Shown piece after piece: positions 45,342 through 54,003 of a stretch of 64,000 nt of DNA (positions within the stretch are counted from its first letter, which is position 1; each line of letters begins with the position of its first letter). The stretch is from positions 5,114 to 69,113 of the forward strand of contig CAXMND010000044.1 of the NCBI GenBank assembly GCA_964194675.1. Reading direction: 5' to 3'. The position numbers and the translations under genes are program-made. Under the pieces are notes generated by a model. The model was not told the DNA's origin. It was given only the letters and a program-made list of their open reading frames with translations, and made no database searches. Origin of the DNA: an uncultured Coxiellaceae bacterium. Its GTDB lineage: Bacteria; Myxococcota_A; Polyangia; Polyangiales; Houyiibacteriaceae.

Positions 45342-46513
45342 CAGAGGGCGCTGCCCTTGAAGAGCACCGGAGAGTAGATGTTGAAACCGATCGTCACCGC
45401 CCAGGTTTCGGCGTTGACCTCCGAGGCCCTGGTCGTGAACCCGTAAAGCGTCGGGAATCTGAAGTTCGCGAAGATGTCGATCATCGTGCTCCGCGCTTCG
45501 AGTGTGTAGCCGCCGCCGACGCCCAGCGGGAAGAAGTAGAAGGGTCCGTTGATGAGCCCCGATGTGGCGGTGCGAATCACCTGGCTCAGATCGAAGAAGT
45601 GCATGCCCGAATTGAAATTCAAGAACACCTGATCGGTAACGTTCGCCGTAAAGCCAAACGGGATGCTCATCGACCAAACCGTCGGTCCGTTCGGGTTGTT
45701 CTCGACGTTGAACTCGATCCCCGTGTCGAACGCGTAGTGCTCTTTTGCAACGAACCGCATCGGGACTCCCATCAGGAACCCGAACTCGGTGCGTGTCGGA
45801 ATTCGAAACACCGCGTCGATGGCGATCTGGGAGACGCCATTGTTGAGCGGTTGGAAGCGCGCGTAGAACGGGATGTCCCCGAACTTCACCTCCGGCGCCA
45901 CGATCATCGAGACGAGCCCCGAGCCGCCAAATCCGAAATCGGGAAAGATGCTGACCGGGGGATAGCTGCCCATGCGATAGCGAGAAAATCCGATCTCTAT
46001 GTCGTCCGCCACCGTGAGCGCGACGCCGAGGTTCAGGGTAGAGATCGTTCCAGTGGGCCCGAAGGGGTCGAACATCCCTTGGACCTCCTTGCGACGCCCG
46101 AGGACCACATCGAAAGTCCCGCGCATCATGCCGCGGGGCATGGTCAGGCTTCGGTTGGCGTAGCGAATGTCGTACTTGGCAGATGCACTAACTGGCTGGT
46201 CACCCACCGGCGGGGCCTCGTCTTCCTCGACCCAATCGGGGTTCTGAGGCGACCGTTCCTCGTACTCGGTGGGCGGTGCGTCGGCCCAGTCTGGGCTTGC
46301 CTCGGTGCGCTCCGGCGCCACTGACTCAGGTGCCGGCTCGGGCGCGGGAGCGGGTGGGGAGGGTGGAGCGGGCTGCGCCTTCGGGGCCTTGGGCTGAAGT
46401 GGCTCCCCCCAACCGGCCTGCCCGAGCGCGCCTGACGCCGACAGCAGGCCACACAAGGTGGCGATGGAGAAAGCAGCGATCACTCGATTCGTCACGGTGC
46501 TCGCATAGACCAA
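45341..46513 (-). CDS. Secreted beta-rich protein, possible outer-membrane beta-barrel
   Basis: Signal peptide (AAFSIATLCGLLSASGALGQA), Pro/acidic linker, then alternating-hydrophobicity strands with many aromatic/Gly residues. The stop overlaps the start of the downstream gamma-CA-like gene by 1 nt (TGATG). Confidence 0.5.
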   Translation of the reverse strand: MVYASTVTNRVIAAFSIATLCGLLSASGALGQAGWGEPLQPKAPKAQPAPPSPPAPAPEPAPESVAPERTEASPDWADAPPTEYEERSPQNPDWVEEDEAPPVGDQPVSASAKYDIRYANRSLTMPRGMMRGTFDVVLGRRKEVQGMFDPFGPTGTISTLNLGVALTVADDIEIGFSRYRMGSYPPVSIFPDFGFGGSGLVSMIVAPEVKFGDIPFYARFQPLNNGVSQIAIDAVFRIPTRTEFGFLMGVPMRFVAKEHYAFDTGIEFNVENNPNGPTVWSMSIPFGFTANVTDQVFLNFNSGMHFFDLSQVIRTATSGLINGPFYFFPLGVGGGYTLEARSTMIDIFANFRFPTLYGFTTRASEVNAETWAVTIGFNIYSPVLFKGSAL

Positions 46514-46559
46514 GGGAGCTGCCCTGCCAAGCGCGTACTTTCATCCACACGAGACCACA

Positions 46560-46587
46560 TTGCGCGGCAAGCGCCCACGCTTATACT
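46560..46587 (+). promoter_or_regulatory. Sigma70-like promoter candidate for tRNA-Met
   Basis: TTGCGC (46560-46565), 16 nt, TATACT (46582-46587). The tRNA starts 12 nt downstream. Confidence 0.4.
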
Positions 46588-46598
46588 CGCGCCCCTTT

Positions 46599-46675
46599 GG
46601 CGATGTAGCTCAGGCGGTTAGAGCGGGCGTTTCATACGCGCTAGGTCGGTGGTTCGAGTCCACCCATCGCCACCA
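46599..46675 (+). tRNA. tRNA with anticodon CAT (elongator Met, or Ile2 if lysidine-modified), CCA encoded
   Basis: GGCGATG...CATCGCC acceptor stem (G1-C72, so not an initiator), D-arm GCTCAGGCGGTTAGAGC, anticodon loop TTCATAC, T-arm GGTGGTTCGAGTCCACC, 3' ACCA. Confidence 0.9.
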
Positions 46676-46699
46676 GACCCGGAGGCCCATGGTCTGGCC

Positions 46700-46727
46700 T
46701 TGACTGAACGGGCGTACTGCGTAGCGT
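46700..46727 (+). promoter_or_regulatory. Sigma70-like promoter candidate for the GAF-GGDEF gene (near-leaderless)
   Basis: TTGACT (46700-46705), 16 nt, TAGCGT (46722-46727). ATG 46734 lies 6 nt after the -10 hexamer. Confidence 0.3.
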
Positions 46728-46733
46728 GAATGG

Positions 46734-48221
46734 ATGCCCGCGGCTTCCCGCCGAAGACTCGCACTACGAGCAGGCCTTCAAGCATCTGGGCTGTCGTTGA
46801 TTCTATCTGGGGCAGGCTGGTTTGCTTTGCGCTGGGCCGGCATCGACGTGGGCACGCTGGTCTTTGTGTGGATCACCTTGGGTGCAACGCTGACCGCGGG
46901 GGCACTCACCAGCTTCTACGTGGAGTTCGCGGTCAGCCGTCGTATTGCGCGTGTGGTTCAAGTCTTGGATGCGCATGCTCGCGAGAAGAGCCTGCAACGA
47001 CTCCCGGATATGGGCGGCGACGAGATCGGAGAGATCGGACGCGCGGTCAACGGTCTTTTGGCCAACCTCACTTCGCTCGAAGTTCGAATGATCGAACAGG
47101 GTCACGAGCTCCGCAACACGCGCGAGGAGCTCATACTCAAGAAGGCACTCGGCGAGAAAACCGCTGAGCTCGAGCAGCGGCTTCGCGAGCGCGCGCTCTT
47201 GTTTGACATCGTTCGCGCCAGCGCATCCGAGCAAGAGCTCGATGCTGTCTTGGCCGATATCGTCAGTCGCCTCGTCGAGGCGTTGGGGTTGCGAGAGTGC
47301 ATGTTGTTTCTAGTCGATGCGGAGACCGAGCGGCTCACCCTACGAGCGGCACAGGGGTTCGAAAAGCCGGGCGAGCTCCTCGAACGGATTGTACTCTTCG
47401 ACGAGGAACCGCTTGGGAACGCGGCGCGGAGCGGCGAGACCATCGTCGTCGAGGACCTGGCGGCGCTCCCAGACAACTCGTTGTGGGAGGCGATCGAACA
47501 ACGTGGGTCTATGGCAATCCTTCCGGTGATTCATCACGGCACCACGACCGGCGTGCTCGCGGCCACGCGGCCTGAGCAGAGCTCCTTTTCCGAAGTAGAA
47601 ACCGGTCTTCTAGGCGCGATCTCAGACCAGTTGGGTCTCGCGATTCGCCACACCCAACTCTTCGATGAGCTCCGCCGGGGATCTCAGCACGACGACCTCA
47701 CGGGGCTCGGAAACCGACGGCTGCTTCGCATTCGACTCGAAGACGAGCTGCACCGCGCCGAACGTTTCGACCATGCGGTCAGCGTCTTGGCGATCGACAT
47801 CGACTACTTCAAGTCGCTCAACGACCGACACGGTCATCCGACAGGCGATGCCTCGCTTCGCAAGCTCGCCGGCCTCATGACCCGAAATCTGCGCCGAATC
47901 GACACGATCGCGCGCATCGGCGGCGAGGAGTTCGTCGTCCTGCTACCGCGAACCGACGCCGTGGTGGCCGTCAAGGTCGCCGAGAAACTTCGCTCCATGG
48001 TCGAGGAAACCGAGTTCCCGGGCGGCGTGGGGCAGCCCGAAGGCGCGCTCACGATCAGCATCGGTGTTGCGTCCCGGCATCCGGTCGAAACAGGCGCCGA
48101 GCTCCTCGCCCGTGCCGACAACGCCCTCTACGAAGCCAAAGATCGAGGGCGCAATCGTGTGGAGGCAGCGCCTCAGCCAACGGCCGGCTCGGCGCGCTCC
48201 CTGACCAGATCGCGGATCTGA
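46734..48221 (+). CDS. Membrane-anchored diguanylate cyclase (TM-HAMP-GAF-GGDEF)
   Basis: Two N-terminal TM segments, HAMP-like linker, GAF. GGDEF domain with RIGGEEFVVLLP and I-site RRID five residues upstream. Confidence 0.88.
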   Translation: MPAASRRRLALRAGLQASGLSLILSGAGWFALRWAGIDVGTLVFVWITLGATLTAGALTSFYVEFAVSRRIARVVQVLDAHAREKSLQRLPDMGGDEIGEIGRAVNGLLANLTSLEVRMIEQGHELRNTREELILKKALGEKTAELEQRLRERALLFDIVRASASEQELDAVLADIVSRLVEALGLRECMLFLVDAETERLTLRAAQGFEKPGELLERIVLFDEEPLGNAARSGETIVVEDLAALPDNSLWEAIEQRGSMAILPVIHHGTTTGVLAATRPEQSSFSEVETGLLGAISDQLGLAIRHTQLFDELRRGSQHDDLTGLGNRRLLRIRLEDELHRAERFDHAVSVLAIDIDYFKSLNDRHGHPTGDASLRKLAGLMTRNLRRIDTIARIGGEEFVVLLPRTDAVVAVKVAEKLRSMVEETEFPGGVGQPEGALTISIGVASRHPVETGAELLARADNALYEAKDRGRNRVEAAPQPTAGSARSLTRSRI

Positions 48222-49723
48222 TGAAGCTCAAACGGCTTTTCGAGGCAGACTAACGGTGTCCGCTTCAAAAACTCCCGCGCTTGTGGGGTGAATGCTCCGC
48301 CGGTCATGAACACGAATCGTGAAGCGATCTCCGGGCGGCACTCGGCAACCATTCGGAACACATCCATGCCGCTCACCCCTGGCATCATGAGGTCGCAAAA
48401 GACCACGTCACACGGCTCGTCTGCGCAAAGGGCATCGATCGCCTCTTGGCCATGCAGGAACACCTGGACGTCGTGATGGCGGAGAGCGCGTCGGATCGAT
48501 CGCCCGACGAGCGGCTCGTCGTCAACCACGACGACGCGAGCGCGACCTCCGGCGTGCACCATGGGCGGCGCCTGGGCCACGAGCGGGACGTAGGAGCGCT
48601 TCGACGGCGGAAGCTTGACCCGAAACGTCGTCCCGCGATCGACTTCGCTCTCCGCGTCGATCGAACCGCCAGCGCTTTGAACGATGTTCCGGCAGATCGA
48701 GAGGCCGAGGCCGGTGCCCTCCCCGACCCCTTTGGTGGTGAAGAAGGGATCGAAAATGTGACCACGGGTCTCCGGCGCAATTCCGCTTCCGTTGTCGATC
48801 ACCTCGATGACCGCCCATCCATCCACGTCGGTGTACGTGCGTACGGTGATCAGATTCCTATGGAGCCCTCGCTCGGACATTGCCTGGGCAGCGTTGATCA
48901 GCAGATTCAAGAAGACTTGGCCGAGACGAGACTCGTTGACCTCGACCAGTGGCGTTGGTTCGACGTTGCGCTTCAGGGTCGCGCGGTGACGGATCTGATT
49001 CCAGCACATGTTGATCGACGACTCGAGCACCTCACGCACGTCGACGTTGCCACTTTGCTCATCGTCAACGCGCGAAAAAGTCTTGAGATCTCGGACGACG
49101 CTCTGCATGCGGACCGCCCCGTGGATGGCCTCGTCGACCTGCTGCTTCGCTCGGTCGAGCCAACCTCCCTCGTTCGGAACCTCTAGCTCCTCACGGGTCA
49201 AATGGAGATTCGACAGGACATACATGAGCGGGTTGTTCAGTTCGTGGGCGACGCCCGCCGCCAAGGTCCCGACCGAAGCCATCCGGTCGGCGAATATTAG
49301 CCGCGACTGCATGTCCTTGTGCTCCGAGGCACGCCGGACGCTCTCGCGGATCGCACGCTCGGCGATCAACAGACGGGTGCCGAGGATTTGGGTGTCGATG
49401 GGCTTCGACAGGTAGTCCGAAGCTCCGGCGTCCAACACCTCATTGAGGTCTTCGATCCGATTGCGCCCCGTGATCACCAGGAACACCACGTCCTCACCCC
49501 CCTCGCGCTCCCGGACGGCCCGGCACAGGTCTAGCCCTGACATCCCGGGGAGGGTCCAGTCGACCAACATGAGCTCGAATGGGTTTTCCAGATGGGCCGC
49601 CAGGGCCTCCTCGGCCGACTCGACCGCAACCACTTCGTAATTTCGCTCACGCAGCAGCTCGCTCAGAAGCCGCCGCATGGAGCTAGAGTCCTCGACGACC
49701 AGCGTTCGAAAAATCCCTCTCAC
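48173..49723 (-). CDS. Hybrid sensor histidine kinase (REC-HisKA-HATPase-REC)
   Basis: N-terminal receiver (LVVEDSSS...LMLVDWTLPGMSG), H-box LAAGVAHELNNPL, ATPase N/G boxes (NLLINAAQA, DNGSGI, GTGLGLS), C-terminal receiver (VVVVDDEP...VFCDLMMPGVSG). Confidence 0.88.
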   Translation of the reverse strand: MRGIFRTLVVEDSSSMRRLLSELLRERNYEVVAVESAEEALAAHLENPFELMLVDWTLPGMSGLDLCRAVREREGGEDVVFLVITGRNRIEDLNEVLDAGASDYLSKPIDTQILGTRLLIAERAIRESVRRASEHKDMQSRLIFADRMASVGTLAAGVAHELNNPLMYVLSNLHLTREELEVPNEGGWLDRAKQQVDEAIHGAVRMQSVVRDLKTFSRVDDEQSGNVDVREVLESSINMCWNQIRHRATLKRNVEPTPLVEVNESRLGQVFLNLLINAAQAMSERGLHRNLITVRTYTDVDGWAVIEVIDNGSGIAPETRGHIFDPFFTTKGVGEGTGLGLSICRNIVQSAGGSIDAESEVDRGTTFRVKLPPSKRSYVPLVAQAPPMVHAGGRARVVVVDDEPLVGRSIRRALRHHDVQVFLHGQEAIDALCADEPCDVVFCDLMMPGVSGMDVFRMVAECRPEIASRFVFMTGGAFTPQAREFLKRTPLVCLEKPFELHQIRDLVRERAEPAVG

Positions 49724-49776
49724 TAGCCCTAAAGTCTAATGCAAGTCGCCAGAAGGTTCATGGTTTCGAGCGCGGT

Positions 49777-49804
49777 TTGACTATGGCGCGTTCGTGACTA
49801 TCGT
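49777..49804 (+). promoter_or_regulatory. Sigma70-like promoter candidate
   Basis: TTGACT (49777-49782), 16 nt, TATCGT (49799-49804). About 45 nt upstream of ATG 49850, with AAGGGGA as a possible RBS. Confidence 0.35.
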
Positions 49805-49849
49805 TTGCCTGGATAACGCACCGCGTCATCCAAAAGGGGAAAGAAAACC

Positions 49850-50506
49850 ATGTCTAACACAAATAAGCTCGTGCAGAGCGGCGATCGCCTCCAGCGGCAG
49901 AGCCTGCTCTTTTTTCAACAAACTCAGCATTCTGGGGGGGCCTTCGTATCCGAAGCCCGCACGGCAAGTGTGGCTTTTGGGGATGAGATGACCCGCGCCA
50001 CCACCAAGCTGGTCAACTCGACACGCCGTTCCGCCGCCGCCCTGGGGCGTGCCTTCCGCAAGGAGGCCATCTCCTGGCGTGATTTGACGATCAAGACCCG
50101 AGAGGCCTACGTGCAAGCCCTGAAGGCGCAGGCAAGCGACCTCGAAGGCCGCGCTGCGGTCACATGGGACGGACTCCGGCCCGCAGCCCTTCAGACGAGC
50201 GTCCTGCGTACGGCCCACGATCTTCTGGGCAATGCGCAAGGCCTCGTCGATGGACGACTAGAATCGGCGACCGAGCCCCAAAAGGCGGTCCCCCGGACCA
50301 CGACGCCAACGAAAGCGAAACGGACGGGGCACAAGACCGGGCGGGCCCCGATCCGCAACTACGACCGGCTGACGGCGAAAGACGTCGTCGAGCGTATCCG
50401 GCGGCTTTCTGGGTCGCAGGCGACGGCGCTGCTCGACTACGAGCAGGTGCGTAAGAACCGAGCGACGGTGGTTCGTGCCGCCAAGCAACGGCTCGCCGCA
50501 AACTGA
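49850..50506 (+). CDS. Hypothetical protein (helical; C-terminal HeH/SAP-like motif)
   Basis: 218 aa with no signal peptide. The C-terminal PIRNYDRLTAKDVVERIRRLSGSQATALLDYEQVRKNRATVVRAAKQRL resembles a helix-extension-helix module. Precedes an NtrC-type gene by 22 nt. Confidence 0.5.
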   Translation: MSNTNKLVQSGDRLQRQSLLFFQQTQHSGGAFVSEARTASVAFGDEMTRATTKLVNSTRRSAAALGRAFRKEAISWRDLTIKTREAYVQALKAQASDLEGRAAVTWDGLRPAALQTSVLRTAHDLLGNAQGLVDGRLESATEPQKAVPRTTTPTKAKRTGHKTGRAPIRNYDRLTAKDVVERIRRLSGSQATALLDYEQVRKNRATVVRAAKQRLAAN

Positions 50507-50528
50507 GTCTGCGCGCTACACTCCGCCC

Positions 50529-51923
50529 GTGACCGAAACGAAACAAGTCCTAGTCGCGGACGACGAGGACAACCTGCGCCGCGTTCTCAAGGCGCAGCTT
50601 CAACACGATGGCTACGAGGTGCATACCGTTGCAGACGGCGAGGCGGTGCTTCGCGCGTTGGACGAGCACCACATCGACGTTCTCATCACCGACTTGCGGA
50701 TGCCGCAGCTCGACGGGATGCGCGTGCTCGAAGCGGTCAGCGCTCGATTCCCGCGACTGCCCGTGATCATGATCACCGCGCACGGCACGGTGGATACTGC
50801 GGTCGAAGCCTTGAAGCTCGGAGCATTCGACTACGTCACGAAGCCCTTCGACCAGACCGAGTTTCGAAATGTAGTTCACAAGGCAGCACGAACTCGGGAA
50901 CTTTCACAGGCTCACGTAAGCGGCGACCCCAACGAGCGCGGGCGGTATCGCATCATTGGGCAGTCCCCACTGATGAGGGAAGTCTACGACGTCATCGAAA
51001 AAGTCGCGGACACACCGAGCACCGTCCTGATCACGGGCGAGAGCGGGACCGGTAAAGAGCTCATCGCCCGGGCTCTTCACGAGAACAGCGCAAGGAAGGA
51101 CAAAGCCTTCGTCAGCGTCAACTGCGCCGCGATCCCGCCTGATCTTTTGGAAAGCGAGCTCTTCGGATACGAAAAGGGCGCGTTCACCGGCGCGGTCACG
51201 AGCAAACCCGGGCGGTTCGAGCTGGCCAACGGCGGAACGCTTTTCCTCGACGAGATCGCAGAGATCCCGGTCAGCATGCAGGTAAAGCTCCTTCGGGCGA
51301 TCCAAGAACAACAGTTCGAGCGCGTCGGCGGCATCAAGACCATCACCATCGACTCGCGCCTAGTCGCCGCTACCAACCGTGACTTGAAGGAGGAGATCGC
51401 GGACGGGAACTTCCGAGAGGACCTCTACTATCGCCTCAACGTCGTCCATGTACATTTGCCTCCTCTGCGCGCACGGCCAAGCGATATCCCACTACTCATC
51501 GAACACTTCCTTCGGCAGCTCAACAAGAAACTCGACCGGTCGGTCACCGGGTTCGATGACGATGCGATCGGGAGGCTTCTTCGCTACGGCTGGCCTGGGA
51601 ACATTCGAGAGCTCGAAAACGTTGTCGAGCGTTGCGTGATTTTCGCCGAGGACGGGGAGGTGGGCGTACAGTATTTGACCCCTGAGGTGCGAGACGCGGT
51701 CGGTGGCCGCGCGCCGTCCCCGGTGGCGGGGCTCGAGGCCACACCTGGCGAAACCGGCTTGAAAGAAGCCGTCCGCAAGGCAACGCTCAAGCTCGAACGG
51801 GAGTTCATCGCCAGGGCGCTCGAACGAACCGGCGGCAACGTCACCCACACCGCCCGGCTGCTCAAAATCTCGCGCAAGAGCCTCCAGAACAAGATGAAAG
51901 AGCTCGGCCTACGCAACGAGTAG
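50529..51923 (+). CDS. Sigma54-dependent response regulator (NtrC family)
   Basis: Receiver (VLVADDEDN...VLITDLRMPQLDG...TKPF), AAA+ (GESGTGKE, ESELFGYEKGAFTGA), Fis HTH (GNVTHTARLLKISRKSL). Start taken at GTG 50529; the ORF track begins at 50475. Confidence 0.88.
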   Translation: MTETKQVLVADDEDNLRRVLKAQLQHDGYEVHTVADGEAVLRALDEHHIDVLITDLRMPQLDGMRVLEAVSARFPRLPVIMITAHGTVDTAVEALKLGAFDYVTKPFDQTEFRNVVHKAARTRELSQAHVSGDPNERGRYRIIGQSPLMREVYDVIEKVADTPSTVLITGESGTGKELIARALHENSARKDKAFVSVNCAAIPPDLLESELFGYEKGAFTGAVTSKPGRFELANGGTLFLDEIAEIPVSMQVKLLRAIQEQQFERVGGIKTITIDSRLVAATNRDLKEEIADGNFREDLYYRLNVVHVHLPPLRARPSDIPLLIEHFLRQLNKKLDRSVTGFDDDAIGRLLRYGWPGNIRELENVVERCVIFAEDGEVGVQYLTPEVRDAVGGRAPSPVAGLEATPGETGLKEAVRKATLKLEREFIARALERTGGNVTHTARLLKISRKSLQNKMKELGLRNE

Positions 51924-51955
51924 TCGGTGTGCGGATCTTTTCTCTCCCACACCGA
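51924..51955. terminator. Conserved intergenic hairpin, copy 1 of 2 (bidirectional terminator candidate)
   Basis: TCGGTGTG (51924-51931) pairs with CACACCGA (51948-51955). Begins 1 nt after the TAG stop at 51921-51923. Shares the 16-nt identity GTGTGCGGATCTTTTC with copy 2. Confidence 0.5.
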
Positions 51956-51962
51956 GGAGTGG

Positions 51963-53933
51963 TTAGTTTTCGGATGGGTCTTCGCGGATCGAGGCGAGCA
52001 TGGACTCGAGGTGTTCGCGGGTGACCGGCTTTTGCAGCACCGGGTTGGACACGGACGCGGCGAACTTACGAAGACGCGGGGTGAAAGCGCCACCGCTCAT
52101 GAACACGATGCGGTCGACCAGCCTGGGATGCTCTTCTCGAATCGTGTCGTAGAAAGACTTCCCGTCGACCTCGGGCATCATGAGGTCACAGATGATCGCG
52201 TCGAAGTGTGAGTCCTCCGAAAGATGGGCTAGCGCTTCTACGCCTCCGAGCACCGTGATGGCGTCGTATCGCCTCCGCAGCCGTCGCCGAAGCGCCGAGA
52301 GGACCATGGCGTCGTCGTCGATGATCAAGATTCGCGAACGGGTGGCTGGTGCCTCGGAGATCGGTCGGCTTTCGTGCTTCTGTTCGACGGGCTCGAGACC
52401 CGTGTCGACAGGAATAATCAGCTCGAAGCGTGTCCCCCCGTCGGGCAGGTGATGAACCTCTACGCGACCGCCGTGCTCGTCGGCGACACGCTTGCACAAC
52501 GAAAGCCCGAGACCCATTCCGCCATCGTGGGCCTTCGTGGTGAACCCCGGCGTGAAGATCCGATGACGATCGGCCTCGTCGATCCCGACGCCGGTATCGC
52601 TGACACCGATGATCACGTGGTCGTCAGCGCAACGCGTGGAGACTACGATCCGATGCTTCTCGTATGCGCCGCCGTCGATCGCCTCTGCCCCATTAGTGAG
52701 CATGTTGACCAAAGCCTGGGCCAGTCGGCCGGGATAAGCGGGAATCATGGGAATCGGCTCGAACCGCTTCACGAGCCGAGCCCGGTAACGAATCTGATTG
52801 AAAACCATGGCGCAGGCGTCATCGACGACCCGTGCTAGGTCGATGAGCTCCGCGTGTTCATCGTCGGCCCGAGAGAACGTTCCCAAGCTGCGGGCGATGT
52901 CTCGAATGCGGTGCATGCCCTTGTGGCAGTCGGTCAACATGTCGGCGACGTCGTCGATGACTTCCTCGAGGTTGGCATCCTCTGTCAGGCGCTCGAAGGC
53001 CTTCGGACTGATCTCTCCATCATTGGCCAAGCCGAGACGAAGCTTGCGAACGAATCGGCGGATGGCCTGGTGTGATTCGCGAAGGCTCTCGAGGTTGGCA
53101 AGAACGAAAGTCAGGGGATTGTTCACCTCGTGCGCAAGACCTGCGGCCAATCGTCCGATGGCACGAAGGCGATCCTCTGGCACACGAACGCCGGAGGGGG
53201 GCGGCACGCTCGGTTTGAGCGTTGGTTGGAGTTGGACGATCGTCGCCTCCTGCCCGTCCCACATGGACGCGATCGCGGTGCCGGTCACCGATGACGTCGT
53301 ACCGTCCGCGGCCTCCACCTCGAAAACCGCTGGCTTTCCTTCTTCGGGCGCCTGCTCCCCGAGGATCCGCTCGAAGGAAGCCGCGCCCTCGACGCCGAAC
53401 AGTCCGCATGCCGCTGGGTTCGCAAAGACCACGGCGCGGGACCTATCGAGGACGACGATCCCGTCCGTCGCTCGGGCCAACAGCAAGCGGCTCTGCGTCT
53501 CGGAGCCATGCGCATCTCGGAGTTGGATCAATGCGTGCCGAAGCTCGTACTCGCGGTTGATCGAGCGCTGAAGCCCGGCGATATAGCCATCGGGCAGCAC
53601 CATCTCGAGGGACGGCTCCGCGGGTAGCTGACAGGCGTCCTCCTCGAGCAGGAGCACGCAAACCCCGCGCACGGCGGTCGGGGGTTCGGGCCCGAGCCCG
53701 GTATCCCAGCAAACGATATGAGGCTCGTGGCTATCCAGGTGGGCTAAGGTGTCCTCGACGCTGACCGCGACTCGGCAGACGACCGTCTCGGGCCAAGCGT
53801 AGAGGCTCTCCCGGACCAGCATGATCCGTTCGGGATTGCCCGAGGCGATGAGGACGCGAACGCGCCTCTTACCGGAAACCAGCGAGATTTCTGCTTTGCC
53901 TGCTAGCACGCCCACCCCTAGGGGCCGGATCAC
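51963..53933 (-). CDS. Hybrid sensor histidine kinase (receiver-like N-terminus, PAS, HisKA, HATPase, REC)
   Basis: PAS-like LARATDGIVVLDRSRAVVFANPAACGLFG. H-box LAAGLAHEVNNPL. ATPase boxes (NMLTNGAEA, DTGVGI, GMGLGLS). C-terminal receiver ILIIDDDA...IICDLMMPEVDG. GTG start, uncertain. Confidence 0.85.
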   Translation of the reverse strand: MIRPLGVGVLAGKAEISLVSGKRRVRVLIASGNPERIMLVRESLYAWPETVVCRVAVSVEDTLAHLDSHEPHIVCWDTGLGPEPPTAVRGVCVLLLEEDACQLPAEPSLEMVLPDGYIAGLQRSINREYELRHALIQLRDAHGSETQSRLLLARATDGIVVLDRSRAVVFANPAACGLFGVEGAASFERILGEQAPEEGKPAVFEVEAADGTTSSVTGTAIASMWDGQEATIVQLQPTLKPSVPPPSGVRVPEDRLRAIGRLAAGLAHEVNNPLTFVLANLESLRESHQAIRRFVRKLRLGLANDGEISPKAFERLTEDANLEEVIDDVADMLTDCHKGMHRIRDIARSLGTFSRADDEHAELIDLARVVDDACAMVFNQIRYRARLVKRFEPIPMIPAYPGRLAQALVNMLTNGAEAIDGGAYEKHRIVVSTRCADDHVIIGVSDTGVGIDEADRHRIFTPGFTTKAHDGGMGLGLSLCKRVADEHGGRVEVHHLPDGGTRFELIIPVDTGLEPVEQKHESRPISEAPATRSRILIIDDDAMVLSALRRRLRRRYDAITVLGGVEALAHLSEDSHFDAIICDLMMPEVDGKSFYDTIREEHPRLVDRIVFMSGGAFTPRLRKFAASVSNPVLQKPVTREHLESMLASIREDPSEN

Positions 53934-54003
53934 CCTTGACGCCCCTCACAAACCATAGCACTGTAATAAGGCGTTGGTAGCGTATTTTTAGGTGGTGAAG
54001 TGA

